A stretch of DNA of 64,000 nucleotides from Thermodesulfobacteriota bacterium (GTDB lineage: Bacteria > Desulfobacterota > Binatia > Binatales > Binataceae), in the NCBI GenBank assembly GCA_046728175.1, contig JBKPEA010000003.1, forward strand, positions 3,517-67,516, written 5' to 3'. The position numbers and the translations under genes are program-made. Below the pieces are notes generated by a model. It had not been told where the DNA came from, did not search any database, and saw only the letters and a list, made by a program, of their open reading frames with translations. Shown here in pieces: positions 36,924 to 45,709 of this stretch. Numbering within the stretch: the stretch's first letter is position 1; each line of letters opens with the position of its first letter.

Positions 36924-37391
36924 ATGCGGACAATACTGGCAACCAGTCCCACCCTTTTCGGCGCGCTGCTTCTGTGCATCACCAGCGCGCAAGCGGCAGC
37001 GAACCTTCAGCTTGCGCCGGACCTCTCTTTTAGTGACGACTCGAGCGGAAATTTTCCGATCGCCGGATCAGACCTGGCTGCCGGACCGGTGGCCGGAAAG
37101 GCCACGGTTATTTTCTTTGGCACATCTAACTGCTGGAACACTGCGCGCGAAGCTGAGCGGTTGGTTAAACTCTATCCGCAATATCAGGACCAGATTGATT
37201 TCGTTGTGGTCGATCTGAATCGCGTGTCCCCCGAACAGCAGGGATTGGTCTCCCGATACTATCGGGGTGCGATTCCCACCGTCGCGGTGCTGGATTCTAA
37301 AGGCAATCTGATCTACGACCGGGCGGGCGAAACCGCGGGCAACCGTGGGGACACGAGCAATCTGCAGAGGCTGCTCGATTCCGCGCACTAG
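36924..37391 (+). CDS. secreted thioredoxin-fold (TlpA-like) protein with a CxxT motif
   Basis: Signal peptide MRTILATSPTLFGALLLCITSAQA. VIFFGTSNCWNTA sits in place of WCxxC. cis-Pro region GAIPTVAVLD. The listed ORF start at 36831 would overlap the upstream gene. Confidence 0.7.
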   Translation: MRTILATSPTLFGALLLCITSAQAAANLQLAPDLSFSDDSSGNFPIAGSDLAAGPVAGKATVIFFGTSNCWNTAREAERLVKLYPQYQDQIDFVVVDLNRVSPEQQGLVSRYYRGAIPTVAVLDSKGNLIYDRAGETAGNRGDTSNLQRLLDSAH

Positions 37392-37400
37392 CGGGTTCAC

Positions 37401-37880
37401 TCAGCGCTCATGGCGCAGCCTGTCGCCTCCGCCGGCGGAAGGCGGCTTCATGCTTTGTCGGGCCTTGCTCACCGGGGAAACGATGCGCTTGGAGCGAGAC
37501 GCGGCGCGCGCAGCTTTCTTCATCGGAAGCGACATCTCGTACCCATCCTTGAGAATCGCGGTGAGCTGCTCCCAGTCGGGCTTGCTATCGAGCCGCACGC
37601 CGACCCAGCCTTTGTGACCCATGTACGGCGGCTTGAAGAAGCGCTTGGAGTCGGAGCTGATCAGAATCTCCTGCGCCATGGCGGGCGCCTTGACCCACAC
37701 GGCCACGTGACCGCTTTGGTGATGGTTGTTGTCGGTCATCGCGAACATCGGGCCGTTGACGACGCGAAAGGTGCACTCGCCCCACGCTTCCTTTTCTACC
37801 ACGTCACCGAGAGCGAGGCAGACGGCGCGCAGTTTTTTTATCGCGGGATTCGAGTCTTCGTACATTCGCGGATGTGCCAT
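37401..37880 (-). CDS. MmcQ/YjbR-family protein
   Basis: EAWGECTFRVVNGPMFAM...HKGWVGVRLD is typical of the YjbR fold. It carries a basic C-terminal tail. Confidence 0.75.
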   Translation of the reverse strand: MAHPRMYEDSNPAIKKLRAVCLALGDVVEKEAWGECTFRVVNGPMFAMTDNNHHQSGHVAVWVKAPAMAQEILISSDSKRFFKPPYMGHKGWVGVRLDSKPDWEQLTAILKDGYEMSLPMKKAARAASRSKRIVSPVSKARQSMKPPSAGGGDRLRHER

Positions 37881-37896
37881 GGGTGAATCTCCCTGG

Positions 37897-39462
37897 TTAC
37901 AGCATGAACGTGATTGGGGCGGTGGCCGTGATGGTCCAAGCGAACCACATCGATTCCACCAGCGCGATCAGCATCAGGTTGCGCGACGAGCTGTAGGCTG
38001 AGACCGCAAGGATTTCGACTGTCACATAGATCAGGACGAGGTTGGGCAGGATGAGCATCAGCACTCCCGGCAGCACCTGCAAGAAGATGCCTATCACCAG
38101 CATCACGATTATCAGCGCGCGACCGATCGTCGCACGAATCGTGGAAACGACCAGATCCCCGCGACGCAGCATGAATTCAAAGCCCAGCCAGAAAGGGAGC
38201 AGGAGCAAGGTTCCCACCACGGTGAAGATGAGCCGCTCGGGCGTCAGCGACAAAGTGTGGAGCGTAACCTGGTCCGCGACCTGGCACAGGTAGATGATCG
38301 TCATCACCAGCAAAGCGGCCAAGACGGTTGCGCCCAATCCGTCGCGCAAACGGCGCCATTTAAGCACCTCTGCCAGGATCAGGACGATTACGAGGATCAC
38401 GCCGGCGGTCCAGAACCAGGCCACTTGCACGTCGCCGACCGCCAGTGGAAAGAACGCGGTAGGAACGATCATCGCCACCAACGGCATGGCCGCCAGGAGC
38501 GCGATAACCAGAATCGCAAGTCCCGGCCATCCGCCGAGACCGCTGGGTCCCTCGGGCCATTCACCCGCGATTTCTCCGCCGATCTTGCCCAGTGGAATCA
38601 GCAGCACCACGAACAGCAGCAGGGCGAGAAGCGCCGCATTGCGGCGCGGCTCTCTCAGGTCAAGCTCACCCGTGCGCGCGGTTCCAAAGGCGCCGTCGAG
38701 CCATCTCACCATCGTCGCCGCAGCCTCAGGGGAATAAACAATCGTCACGTGATTCACCCGGGGAATCTGGATCGCCTCGACGGCGTTGCCCTGCGAGAAC
38801 TCGCCGTAAGTTTTTCCGAGTTCGATCTGTGGCACTCCGGCCAGGTGAGACGCTATCTCGGTGGAAACGGACGCAATGAAGGACGGGTCGTTTTGCGCGA
38901 AAATAAACAGCGCGTTCTTGGGGCGCTCGGGGCCGGTCAAGCTGAATCCGCCAGAAATCATGATCGCGCCCTTCAGGGCAGGGTCGACGGTAGCGTAATC
39001 GAGCACCGCGCCGGCGCCCATCGAATGCCCCATCACTGCGATTCGCGAGCCGTCGACCTTTTGATAACTGCGCAGGAAGTCGACCGCCTTCCTTACATCC
39101 GGCCGCAGCGCATCCGCATTCGCCAAGCCAGCGGGGAACGGATTGCGATTGGCGCCGTGTCCGCTGACATCGATGGCCAGCACGGCATAGCCGTTTTGTG
39201 CAATGCGTCGCGCGAGGGTGCTCATGAACTGGCGGTCGGCGGTAAACCCGTGCACCATCACGATAGCGGGCGGGCGATGCGCCGGTGGAAAAACGCGAAA
39301 GAACGGATTTCCTTCTCCCGGCAGATACAGGGTTGCCGGTTCCTGCCCCGGCAGGTTCACGAATTCATGCGCCGGGCCGCCCGCATCAAGTCGTGCCAGC
39401 CGCGCCACGGCCAACAGGAACAAGATCGCGACCACGAGTGCGAAGGTGTACAGCGGCCTCAT
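37897..39462 (-). CDS. alpha/beta hydrolase fused to a C-terminal polytopic membrane domain
   Basis: N-terminal anchor, HGFTADRQ, and nucleophile elbow GHSMGAG. About 250 aa of multiple hydrophobic helices follow. Confidence 0.8.
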   Translation of the reverse strand: MRPLYTFALVVAILFLLAVARLARLDAGGPAHEFVNLPGQEPATLYLPGEGNPFFRVFPPAHRPPAIVMVHGFTADRQFMSTLARRIAQNGYAVLAIDVSGHGANRNPFPAGLANADALRPDVRKAVDFLRSYQKVDGSRIAVMGHSMGAGAVLDYATVDPALKGAIMISGGFSLTGPERPKNALFIFAQNDPSFIASVSTEIASHLAGVPQIELGKTYGEFSQGNAVEAIQIPRVNHVTIVYSPEAAATMVRWLDGAFGTARTGELDLREPRRNAALLALLLFVVLLIPLGKIGGEIAGEWPEGPSGLGGWPGLAILVIALLAAMPLVAMIVPTAFFPLAVGDVQVAWFWTAGVILVIVLILAEVLKWRRLRDGLGATVLAALLVMTIIYLCQVADQVTLHTLSLTPERLIFTVVGTLLLLPFWLGFEFMLRRGDLVVSTIRATIGRALIIVMLVIGIFLQVLPGVLMLILPNLVLIYVTVEILAVSAYSSSRNLMLIALVESMWFAWTITATAPITFML

Positions 39463-39560
39463 CTAGTCACGCCCGAAGGTGCGCGCGAACACGACCCATC
39501 AACTCCGGCTTTGCGAGACAGCCTCTCCTCTAGAACGAGCGACCTTCCCGGCTGGCTCTC

Positions 39561-40616
39561 TCAGGCTTGCTCACCCTCGATGACGCAGGCCCGGGCTGCA
39601 GTCGGGACGATGTTGGTCAGGCGAAATCCTGCTCCTTGATAAAGTGCACGGAACTCCGCTTCGGACCTTTGCCGACCGCCGGTGCTCACTAGCATGTTGA
39701 CGTCGTTGAAAGCCGCGCCGCGGCTCTCGAGCGATTGGTCGATTCGCTCGGGGTAGACGCCCTCTACGAGCAGCAGTTTTGCGTTGGTGCCATCCATCGC
39801 GCGGTGGCAGGTTTTCAGGATCGCGATCGCATCGTCATCGTTCCAATCGTGGATCACGTGTTTCAGCAGGTATGCACCCGCGCCTCGCGGCACTTCTCTG
39901 AAGAAATCGCCGCCCACTGCTTCGCAGCGAGCCTCGAGGCCGGCATCGGCGATCCGTTTCCCGGCGCGCTCGGCGCTGGGGGGCTGGTCGAACACGATTC
40001 CTTTGAGAGCAGGGTTGCCTTTCAGGATTCCGATCAGCAACGCGCCGTTGCCGCCGCCGATATCGGCGAGTTTCCCGAACTTCGAAAAATCATATGCCGC
40101 GACCAACGCAAGCGCCGTTTGGGCGCTGAACGCAGCCATCGCCTCATCGAAGTTCGCGGCAGCCTGCGGATCTCCGAGCCCATCGAAGGCGCTCTTGGCA
40201 GCGGGTGAAAGCTTGCGAAAGGCAGGCTGACCGGTTTTAACGCAATATTCCAACTCGGCCCATGAAGCCTGGATTGCTTCGCCGGCAAACAGCAGGACCG
40301 CTGCGCGCATCGAACCCGGCGCGTCGCTGCGCAGCAAGTCCCCGAGCGGAGTGAGCGAAAACTTCCCACCCGCCTGCTCGTCGAAAATACCGGCGCTGGC
40401 GAGCAGGCGCATCACTCGGTTGAGGGAAGGTGGATGCGCGCCGAGCTCCGCGGCCACCTCCCGATAATGACGGGCGCCGTTCCTCAAGCAGTCTGGAATG
40501 CAGAGCTTGGTGGCAAGGCCAAGCGCCCGCGAAAGGTAGTGACCGGTGCCCATCATATAGAGCTGAATTTGCGGTGGTATCGATTCCACCGCGCTGGTTG
40601 CTGAGGATATCGACAT
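39561..40616 (-). CDS. class I SAM-dependent O-methyltransferase (Methyltransf_2 type with an N-terminal dimerisation/wHTH domain)
   Basis: SAM motif LADIGGGNGAL, and KHVIHDWNDDDAIAILK, typical of plant/actinomycete-type small-molecule OMTs. Confidence 0.85.
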   Translation of the reverse strand: MSISSATSAVESIPPQIQLYMMGTGHYLSRALGLATKLCIPDCLRNGARHYREVAAELGAHPPSLNRVMRLLASAGIFDEQAGGKFSLTPLGDLLRSDAPGSMRAAVLLFAGEAIQASWAELEYCVKTGQPAFRKLSPAAKSAFDGLGDPQAAANFDEAMAAFSAQTALALVAAYDFSKFGKLADIGGGNGALLIGILKGNPALKGIVFDQPPSAERAGKRIADAGLEARCEAVGGDFFREVPRGAGAYLLKHVIHDWNDDDAIAILKTCHRAMDGTNAKLLLVEGVYPERIDQSLESRGAAFNDVNMLVSTGGRQRSEAEFRALYQGAGFRLTNIVPTAARACVIEGEQA

Positions 40617-40640
40617 GACTGCTTCCTCTGGACCGCGTAG

Positions 40641-41111
40641 TTAGCCCTGTTGCTTGGCGATACTATCGAACCGCTTTTTCATTTCGTCGGCCGACACTTC
40701 CTCGATGCGAGTCGCCAGAAACCAGGAATGGCCGAACGGATCGCGGATTTGCGCACTGCGGTCTCCGTAGAACTGATCTTCGGGCGCGCGCTGTGAGGTT
40801 GCGCCGGCGGCCAGGGCGCGTTGGTAGACCGCATCGACGTCTTCGACCAGGAGATGAATCGAGACGGGTGGGCGTTCCGCACCCTTGGGACCGAAGTAGC
40901 CCATTTCCGGATACTCATCGGAGAGCATTATGGTGCCGCTGCCCAGCTTGAGTTCGGCGTGACCGATGCGGCCGCTTCCAGGTTCGGCAAAGCGCATCGT
41001 CTCCTTCGCGCCGAAGACGTGCTGGTAGAACTCGAGCGCCTTGGTCGCGTTCGCGACGCACAGGTATGGCGTCACTACGCTGACTCCCTCGGGAATTGGT
41101 TTTGCTGCCAT
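40641..41111 (-). CDS. VOC-family protein, PhnB-like (sixth VOC domain of the array)
   Basis: VTPYLCVANATKALEFYQHVFGAKE...HAELKLGS...YGDRSAQIRDPFGHSWFLA. AAGGAG lies upstream of ATG 41111. A TTG at 41162 is an alternative start. Confidence 0.8.
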   Translation of the reverse strand: MAAKPIPEGVSVVTPYLCVANATKALEFYQHVFGAKETMRFAEPGSGRIGHAELKLGSGTIMLSDEYPEMGYFGPKGAERPPVSIHLLVEDVDAVYQRALAAGATSQRAPEDQFYGDRSAQIRDPFGHSWFLATRIEEVSADEMKKRFDSIAKQQG

Positions 41112-41171
41112 GAATGATTCGCTCCTTTGCGAAGCACGGCGCGCATTGCGACGGCCGTGCAACCGCTCGCA

Positions 41172-41717
41172 TTACTGGTCCGCGTTTTCTTTGAACCAGG
41201 ACCGCTCCCGGTTGCGCATTTCCCGGGCCGGTACCGACTCGATTTTCGTTGAGAGCAACCACAGATGGCCGAACGGGTCCTGCAATCTACCCGCGCGTTC
41301 GCCGTAGAACTGGTCCTGGACCGGAAAGATTACTTTCGCGCCTGCCTCAATCGCCCGCTTCGCGATCGTATCGACGTCGTTGACTTCCAGATGAATGATC
41401 ACCGGAGAGCCACCCAGTGCTGAGGGGCTGGTCGCGCCGACGCCTTCCCATTCGTCTGCGAGCAGTATCGAAGCCTCACCGATTTTGATTTCGCAGTGCG
41501 CGATTCGGCCGTCGACGCTTTCCAGGCGAACCACTTCGATTGCGTCGAACGCGTTGCGGTAAAAGTCGACCGCCCGGGCCGCGTCCTTGATAATCAGGTA
41601 TGGCGTCGCGCGCGAGCCGGCCGATTGCGCAGGTTGAGAGGCTCTCGTCGCCGGTCTGGCCCGAAGCGCCTTGTGGCGTTTGGAAGCGGCTGGCCGTCTG
41701 CGCTTCGCCTTCTTCAT
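41172..41717 (-). CDS. VOC-family protein, PhnB-like, with a highly basic N-terminal tail
   Basis: MKKAKRRRPAASKRHKALRARP tail, then ATPYLIIKDAARAVDFYRNAFDA...YGERAGRLQDPFGHLWLLS. No alternative in-frame start exists downstream. Confidence 0.8.
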   Translation of the reverse strand: MKKAKRRRPAASKRHKALRARPATRASQPAQSAGSRATPYLIIKDAARAVDFYRNAFDAIEVVRLESVDGRIAHCEIKIGEASILLADEWEGVGATSPSALGGSPVIIHLEVNDVDTIAKRAIEAGAKVIFPVQDQFYGERAGRLQDPFGHLWLLSTKIESVPAREMRNRERSWFKENADQ

Positions 41718-41721
41718 CGTT

Positions 41722-43569
41722 CTAACGCCGCACGTCCTTGAGCGGCGTGGCGATGTACCAGATGTGGCCGAACGGATCTTTTACGCCGCCGCAGCGGTCG
41801 CCCCATTGCTTATCTGCCATCGGATCGACCATCTCGGACCCTGAGTCGAGCGCGCGCTGGAAAGCGGCGTCCGCATCGGGGACATACACGTAGAGATGCA
41901 GAGGGGTGCCGCCGAGCTGACGTGGAGTGCGCACATAGCCTTTGGCGACGTACTCCGCGGCATGCGGCATGGTTGCATCGCTCAGCATCACGCGCGTGCT
42001 ACCAATCGCAAGCTGGACATGACTTGCCTTGCCGTGCTCGACGTCGCGATGCAGCTCGGTCGCTTCGAACACCTTCTTGTAAAAGTCGGCGGCTGCTCCA
42101 GCATCTTCGCAGTACATGAACGGCATGATCGCGGCCGGTGAGGTGGGCGCGGCTTGCGGCACCGTCTGCGCGCTCACCGCCGCCCGTTTCTCGGGATGCT
42201 GGTGGGCTGCGATGTACCAGACGTTGCCGAAGGGATCGGTCACGCCGCTGGCCCGATCACCGTAGGATTCATCGCGCGGTGCGTAGAGCGATTCTGCTCC
42301 GGCCCGCAGTGCGCTCTGATAGGTAGCATCGGCATCCGCAACATAGAGGTGCAGGGCCGGCGGCATCGGCGGATACTCTCCGTGTGCCTCGCCCATCGCG
42401 ACTATCGAGTCGCCGATCCTGAGCTGTGCGTGCTGTACGACGCCCTGCTTATCGGCATGGAACTCAGCTTCCTCGGCACCGAAAGCCTCCTTCAGGAAGT
42501 CGATGAGCTTGGCTGCGCCCTTCGGATGGAGATAGGGAGTTACCGAACGCAGTTCCGGCGACCACGGTTCGGCCGTTTCCAGGCGCTTTGCGAGATACCA
42601 ATGATTGCCGAAGGGGTCTCTTATGCTCGCCTCGCGATTCCCGTAGTCCTGGTCCTGCGGACCACGGATCGACTCGGCGCCGGCCTCGAGGGCACGTTGG
42701 TAGGTCGCATCCACATCGTCGACGAACAGCCAGATCGCGGTCGGGTTCGGTTTGAATCGCTGGTTCGCATCGGCCAGTTCCACGACCGAGCCCGACACTC
42801 TCATCTCCGCATGGCCGATGGTTCCGTCCGGCTGATTGACCCGCATGACTTCCTCGGCGCCAAACGCACGCTTGAGGAAGTCGATGAGCTGTGCGGCGCC
42901 ATTCACCTGCAGGTATGGCGTGATGCTGTGATAGCCTTCGGGCTTTGGAACGGATTTGGCTTTTTCGGCAGCAACCGAGCGATCCCAATCCGCCTTCATC
43001 TGTTCGGGGGTGACATCGTGGTGGTGGGTCGCGACCATCCACACGTGCCCGAACGGATCGACGAACTTGCCGCGCCGGTCGCCATACGGGTAATCCTGCG
43101 GCGCTTCCAGCACTTTAGCGCCGCCCCGCTCGGCGCGCCGCGCGAAAGCATCGATGTCGTCGACATACAGATGCACGAATGCGGAAGAACCGCCGAGCGA
43201 ATCGGGACTCAGGTTGAAGTAGCGCAGCTCTTCCTCCGCGATCATGATGGGCGCATCGCCGATTTTGATTTCGGCATGCGCAATATGCCCGCTCGGATCC
43301 GCCATCCGCGACAGCTCAGTGGCGCCGAACGCACGCTTGTAGAAATCGATCGCACGCGACGCATCGCGAATCATCAAGTAGGGGGTCGCGATGCCGTGGC
43401 GGCGGCGCGCCGTGAGGGCGGCCTTGGAGGAGGTCGGCAGGGCGCTCTTTTTCAGGCTGGCCTTTAGCTGCATCTTGAACTCCTGGCGCGGCAGCCCGCG
43501 CAGCTCGCCCGCGATTTCGAGCAGCGCGGCGACGCCCGAATTCACGCGCGGGGGCCTGGCGTCTGCCAT
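41722..43569 (-). CDS. four tandem PhnB-like VOC domains preceded by a ~60-aa leader; possible ECF-sigma partner
   Basis: Four repeats of the (T/M)P(Y/F)(L/M)...DF(Y/L)K.(A/V)F(G/E)A...H(A/V)(E/Q)...DPFG(H/N).W pattern. ATG 43569 has GGAGG 5 nt upstream. A GTG at 43665 (listed start) would overlap the sigma gene by 17 nt. Confidence 0.8.
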   Translation of the reverse strand: MADARPPRVNSGVAALLEIAGELRGLPRQEFKMQLKASLKKSALPTSSKAALTARRRHGIATPYLMIRDASRAIDFYKRAFGATELSRMADPSGHIAHAEIKIGDAPIMIAEEELRYFNLSPDSLGGSSAFVHLYVDDIDAFARRAERGGAKVLEAPQDYPYGDRRGKFVDPFGHVWMVATHHHDVTPEQMKADWDRSVAAEKAKSVPKPEGYHSITPYLQVNGAAQLIDFLKRAFGAEEVMRVNQPDGTIGHAEMRVSGSVVELADANQRFKPNPTAIWLFVDDVDATYQRALEAGAESIRGPQDQDYGNREASIRDPFGNHWYLAKRLETAEPWSPELRSVTPYLHPKGAAKLIDFLKEAFGAEEAEFHADKQGVVQHAQLRIGDSIVAMGEAHGEYPPMPPALHLYVADADATYQSALRAGAESLYAPRDESYGDRASGVTDPFGNVWYIAAHQHPEKRAAVSAQTVPQAAPTSPAAIMPFMYCEDAGAAADFYKKVFEATELHRDVEHGKASHVQLAIGSTRVMLSDATMPHAAEYVAKGYVRTPRQLGGTPLHLYVYVPDADAAFQRALDSGSEMVDPMADKQWGDRCGGVKDPFGHIWYIATPLKDVRR

Positions 43570-43648
43570 GGTCGCCTCCACCGCCTGATCGAGCTGCTCG
43601 GTCGGGCTTCGCCTGGCCGTTTGGCTGCGATCGGCCCTTTGCCTTCGC

Positions 43649-44227
43649 TTAGCCATTCTGGTCACCCATCCGCAGGCGCAGATTCTGCAGCCCGCGAAAT
43701 TGAAGCTGCTTCACGGCGCCCTCGGTGCGCTTAAGTTGCTGGGCAATTTCGCGGATACTCCTTTCCTCGGCGAAACGCAGAGTGATTACGCGGCGCTGGT
43801 CGGAGGGCAGCCGGTCAACCATCCGGAACAGGCGCGCGCGGTTTTCGATTTCTTCCCAACAGGGCTCCCGGGGATCATCGGTGGGATCGAGCCGAGGTTG
43901 CCGCGCGGTTTTTTGCGACCGATCCACGATCTCGTTGCTTGCGATTTTGTAGAGCCATGCCGCGAACGGAACCCCGCGCCATTCGAAACGGCCGATATTC
44001 TTAAGCGCCAAATGAAATACCTCGGCGGTCAAATCCTCGGCTTCGTGGCGGTCTCCCACGCGGCGGACGATGAAAGCGTAGACGCGCTCGAAATTGCTTT
44101 CGTAAAGTTCGGCGAAGCGGCGCGAGTCGCGCTGCGCCGCCTCGATTTGGCGGCGTTCGTCAGCCGCCGCCGGGCTGACCTTCAATGCCGATGCCCTGCG
44201 CACCATCGTCCCAACGGTATAAACCAT
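43649..44227 (-). CDS. ECF-type RNA polymerase sigma-70 family factor
   Basis: Region 2 (FAELYESNFERVYAFIVRRVGDRHEAEDLTAEVF) and region 4 (LPSDQRRVITLRFAEERSIREIAQQLKRTEGAVKQLQFRGL). Confidence 0.9.
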   Translation of the reverse strand: MVYTVGTMVRRASALKVSPAAADERRQIEAAQRDSRRFAELYESNFERVYAFIVRRVGDRHEAEDLTAEVFHLALKNIGRFEWRGVPFAAWLYKIASNEIVDRSQKTARQPRLDPTDDPREPCWEEIENRARLFRMVDRLPSDQRRVITLRFAEERSIREIAQQLKRTEGAVKQLQFRGLQNLRLRMGDQNG

Positions 44228-44454
44228 CGGCCGGGGAAAAGGTTACGGCGTGAGCCACCTGCAAACTGCGGACTTTCCCGGATTTTCGTGAAGTGGCTTC
44301 GGCGAGTTTGTCCGATCGTCCCAGAAAAGATCTGCGCACCCCTGCCGAGCCGCCGGTCCGGCACGCTTAAGTCGCTTCTGGGAGGAGACACAAGCCGAGC
44401 ATTGCGGCTCGCCTCCGCAGAAAGGGAAAACCAAAGGTTACGATAGCTAAAATT

Positions 44455-45540
44455 CTAGCTACGCCAGGGCTCTACCAGAATTTTCGCATGGTGCTCCGGG
44501 GAACCCAGGTCTTCGAACGCTTGCGCTACGCCTTCCACGCCAACTTTGCCCGTGATGAGCGGGTCGCCGTTGATTTTGCCTTCCGCCAGGTTGCGTAGTG
44601 TATCGGCGAATTCCGTGGCCGAGTAGCCAAGCACGAATTGGATATTCAGCTCTTTGTTGATGCCGAACATCGGCTCGAAGGAGTCCTGCTCCATGCACAC
44701 CCCTGCCACCACCACGCGCGCGGCGGGCGCGGTCGAGGCCATGATCGAGTGAATTACCCCGGGAACGCCCACGCACTCGAAAACCACCTGCGGCCGTCGC
44801 GCCGGCCCTGGCATCCAGGGTGGCAGTGGCGGCGCGCTCTTCGGGTCACTATATACGGCCATCTCCTTCCAACTCTCGAAAGGAGATTGCTGTTTGGGAT
44901 CGGTCACCACGTCGGCGCCCATCTTCTGCGCCAGTTCGCGTCGGCGCGGCGAGAAATCCGCCGCGACGATCGGATGCTGGCCCTTGAGCTTGAGCGCCGA
45001 GATGACGGAGAGGCCGACGGGGCCGCATCCAATCACCAGCGGCACGTCACCCTTTTGAAGGCGCGCTTTTTCGACCGCGTGATAGCCAACCGCCATCGGC
45101 TCGGTGAGCGCGGCCCGCTCGGTGGAGAGGCCGTTGGGAACCTCCAGCAGCAGGCCTTCGGTCAGGCGCATCAATTCCCCGTAGCCGCCGGGATTGTCAT
45201 TGGAGTAGCCGACCGTCTCGACACCGGTCGGCCGAATCAGCACCGGCATCGCGCATGCGCGCTGTCCGGCTTTGAAGTGTTTTTGGGTGTTGGGTCCAAA
45301 GTCGACTATCTCGACGCAGAACTCGTGGCCCATCACGATGTCACGCTGCAAATCCATCACGAATGGGCCGCCGGAGCGCCGCGCGCCTTCGACCAGCTTT
45401 TCGGCATGCTTGAGCGTATGCAGGTCGGAGCCGCAAATTCCGCACGCCAGGGTCTTTACCAGGGCCTCGCCCGGGCCGGGGGCGGGGACCGGAACATCGT
45501 CGACGACGAGCTTTTTGTTTCGCATCACAGCAGCGCGCAT
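44455..45540 (-). CDS. zinc-dependent alcohol dehydrogenase (MDR) family protein
   Basis: MRAAVMRNKKLVVDDVPVPAPGPGEALVKTLACGICGSDLH. Rossmann motif VIGCGPVG. The internal ATG at 45540 is preferred over the listed 45612. Confidence 0.85.
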   Translation of the reverse strand: MRAAVMRNKKLVVDDVPVPAPGPGEALVKTLACGICGSDLHTLKHAEKLVEGARRSGGPFVMDLQRDIVMGHEFCVEIVDFGPNTQKHFKAGQRACAMPVLIRPTGVETVGYSNDNPGGYGELMRLTEGLLLEVPNGLSTERAALTEPMAVGYHAVEKARLQKGDVPLVIGCGPVGLSVISALKLKGQHPIVAADFSPRRRELAQKMGADVVTDPKQQSPFESWKEMAVYSDPKSAPPLPPWMPGPARRPQVVFECVGVPGVIHSIMASTAPAARVVVAGVCMEQDSFEPMFGINKELNIQFVLGYSATEFADTLRNLAEGKINGDPLITGKVGVEGVAQAFEDLGSPEHHAKILVEPWRS

Positions 45541-45585
45541 AGTTGAAACCTCCAATCGAATCCGAGCTACTGTAGCATTCACTTC

Positions 45586-45606
45586 CCTCCCTTTGTCCAA
45601 GGGAGG
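45586..45606 (-). terminator. 8-bp hairpin (cctccctt-tgtcc-aagggagg) between the nitroreductase and ADH genes
   Basis: Exact reverse-complement arms, 5-nt loop, no U-tract. Confidence 0.3.
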
Positions 45607-45709
45607 CCTCACGCCTGAGTTACGGCCCGTTCATCGCGGCGCACCCTGTGACCGTAAGCTGGCGCATGGCGCGCATCCATTTGCATGCGGTGCAGGCACT
45701 GGGGTGGGT

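Noticed and set aside
36924-37391. Possibility that the secreted thioredoxin-fold protein is another selenoprotein
   Set aside because: The redox position reads C-W-N-T in an uninterrupted frame with no in-frame TGA. It is a CxxT variant, not Sec.
38257-39639. 460-aa plus-strand ORF
   Set aside because: Antisense to the alpha/beta-hydrolase gene (GHSMGAG). The product is a low-complexity R/H/Q-rich sequence, a shadow ORF.
42154-43467. 437-aa plus-strand ORF
   Set aside because: Antisense to the four-domain VOC gene, whose repeats are clearly real. No recognisable motif.
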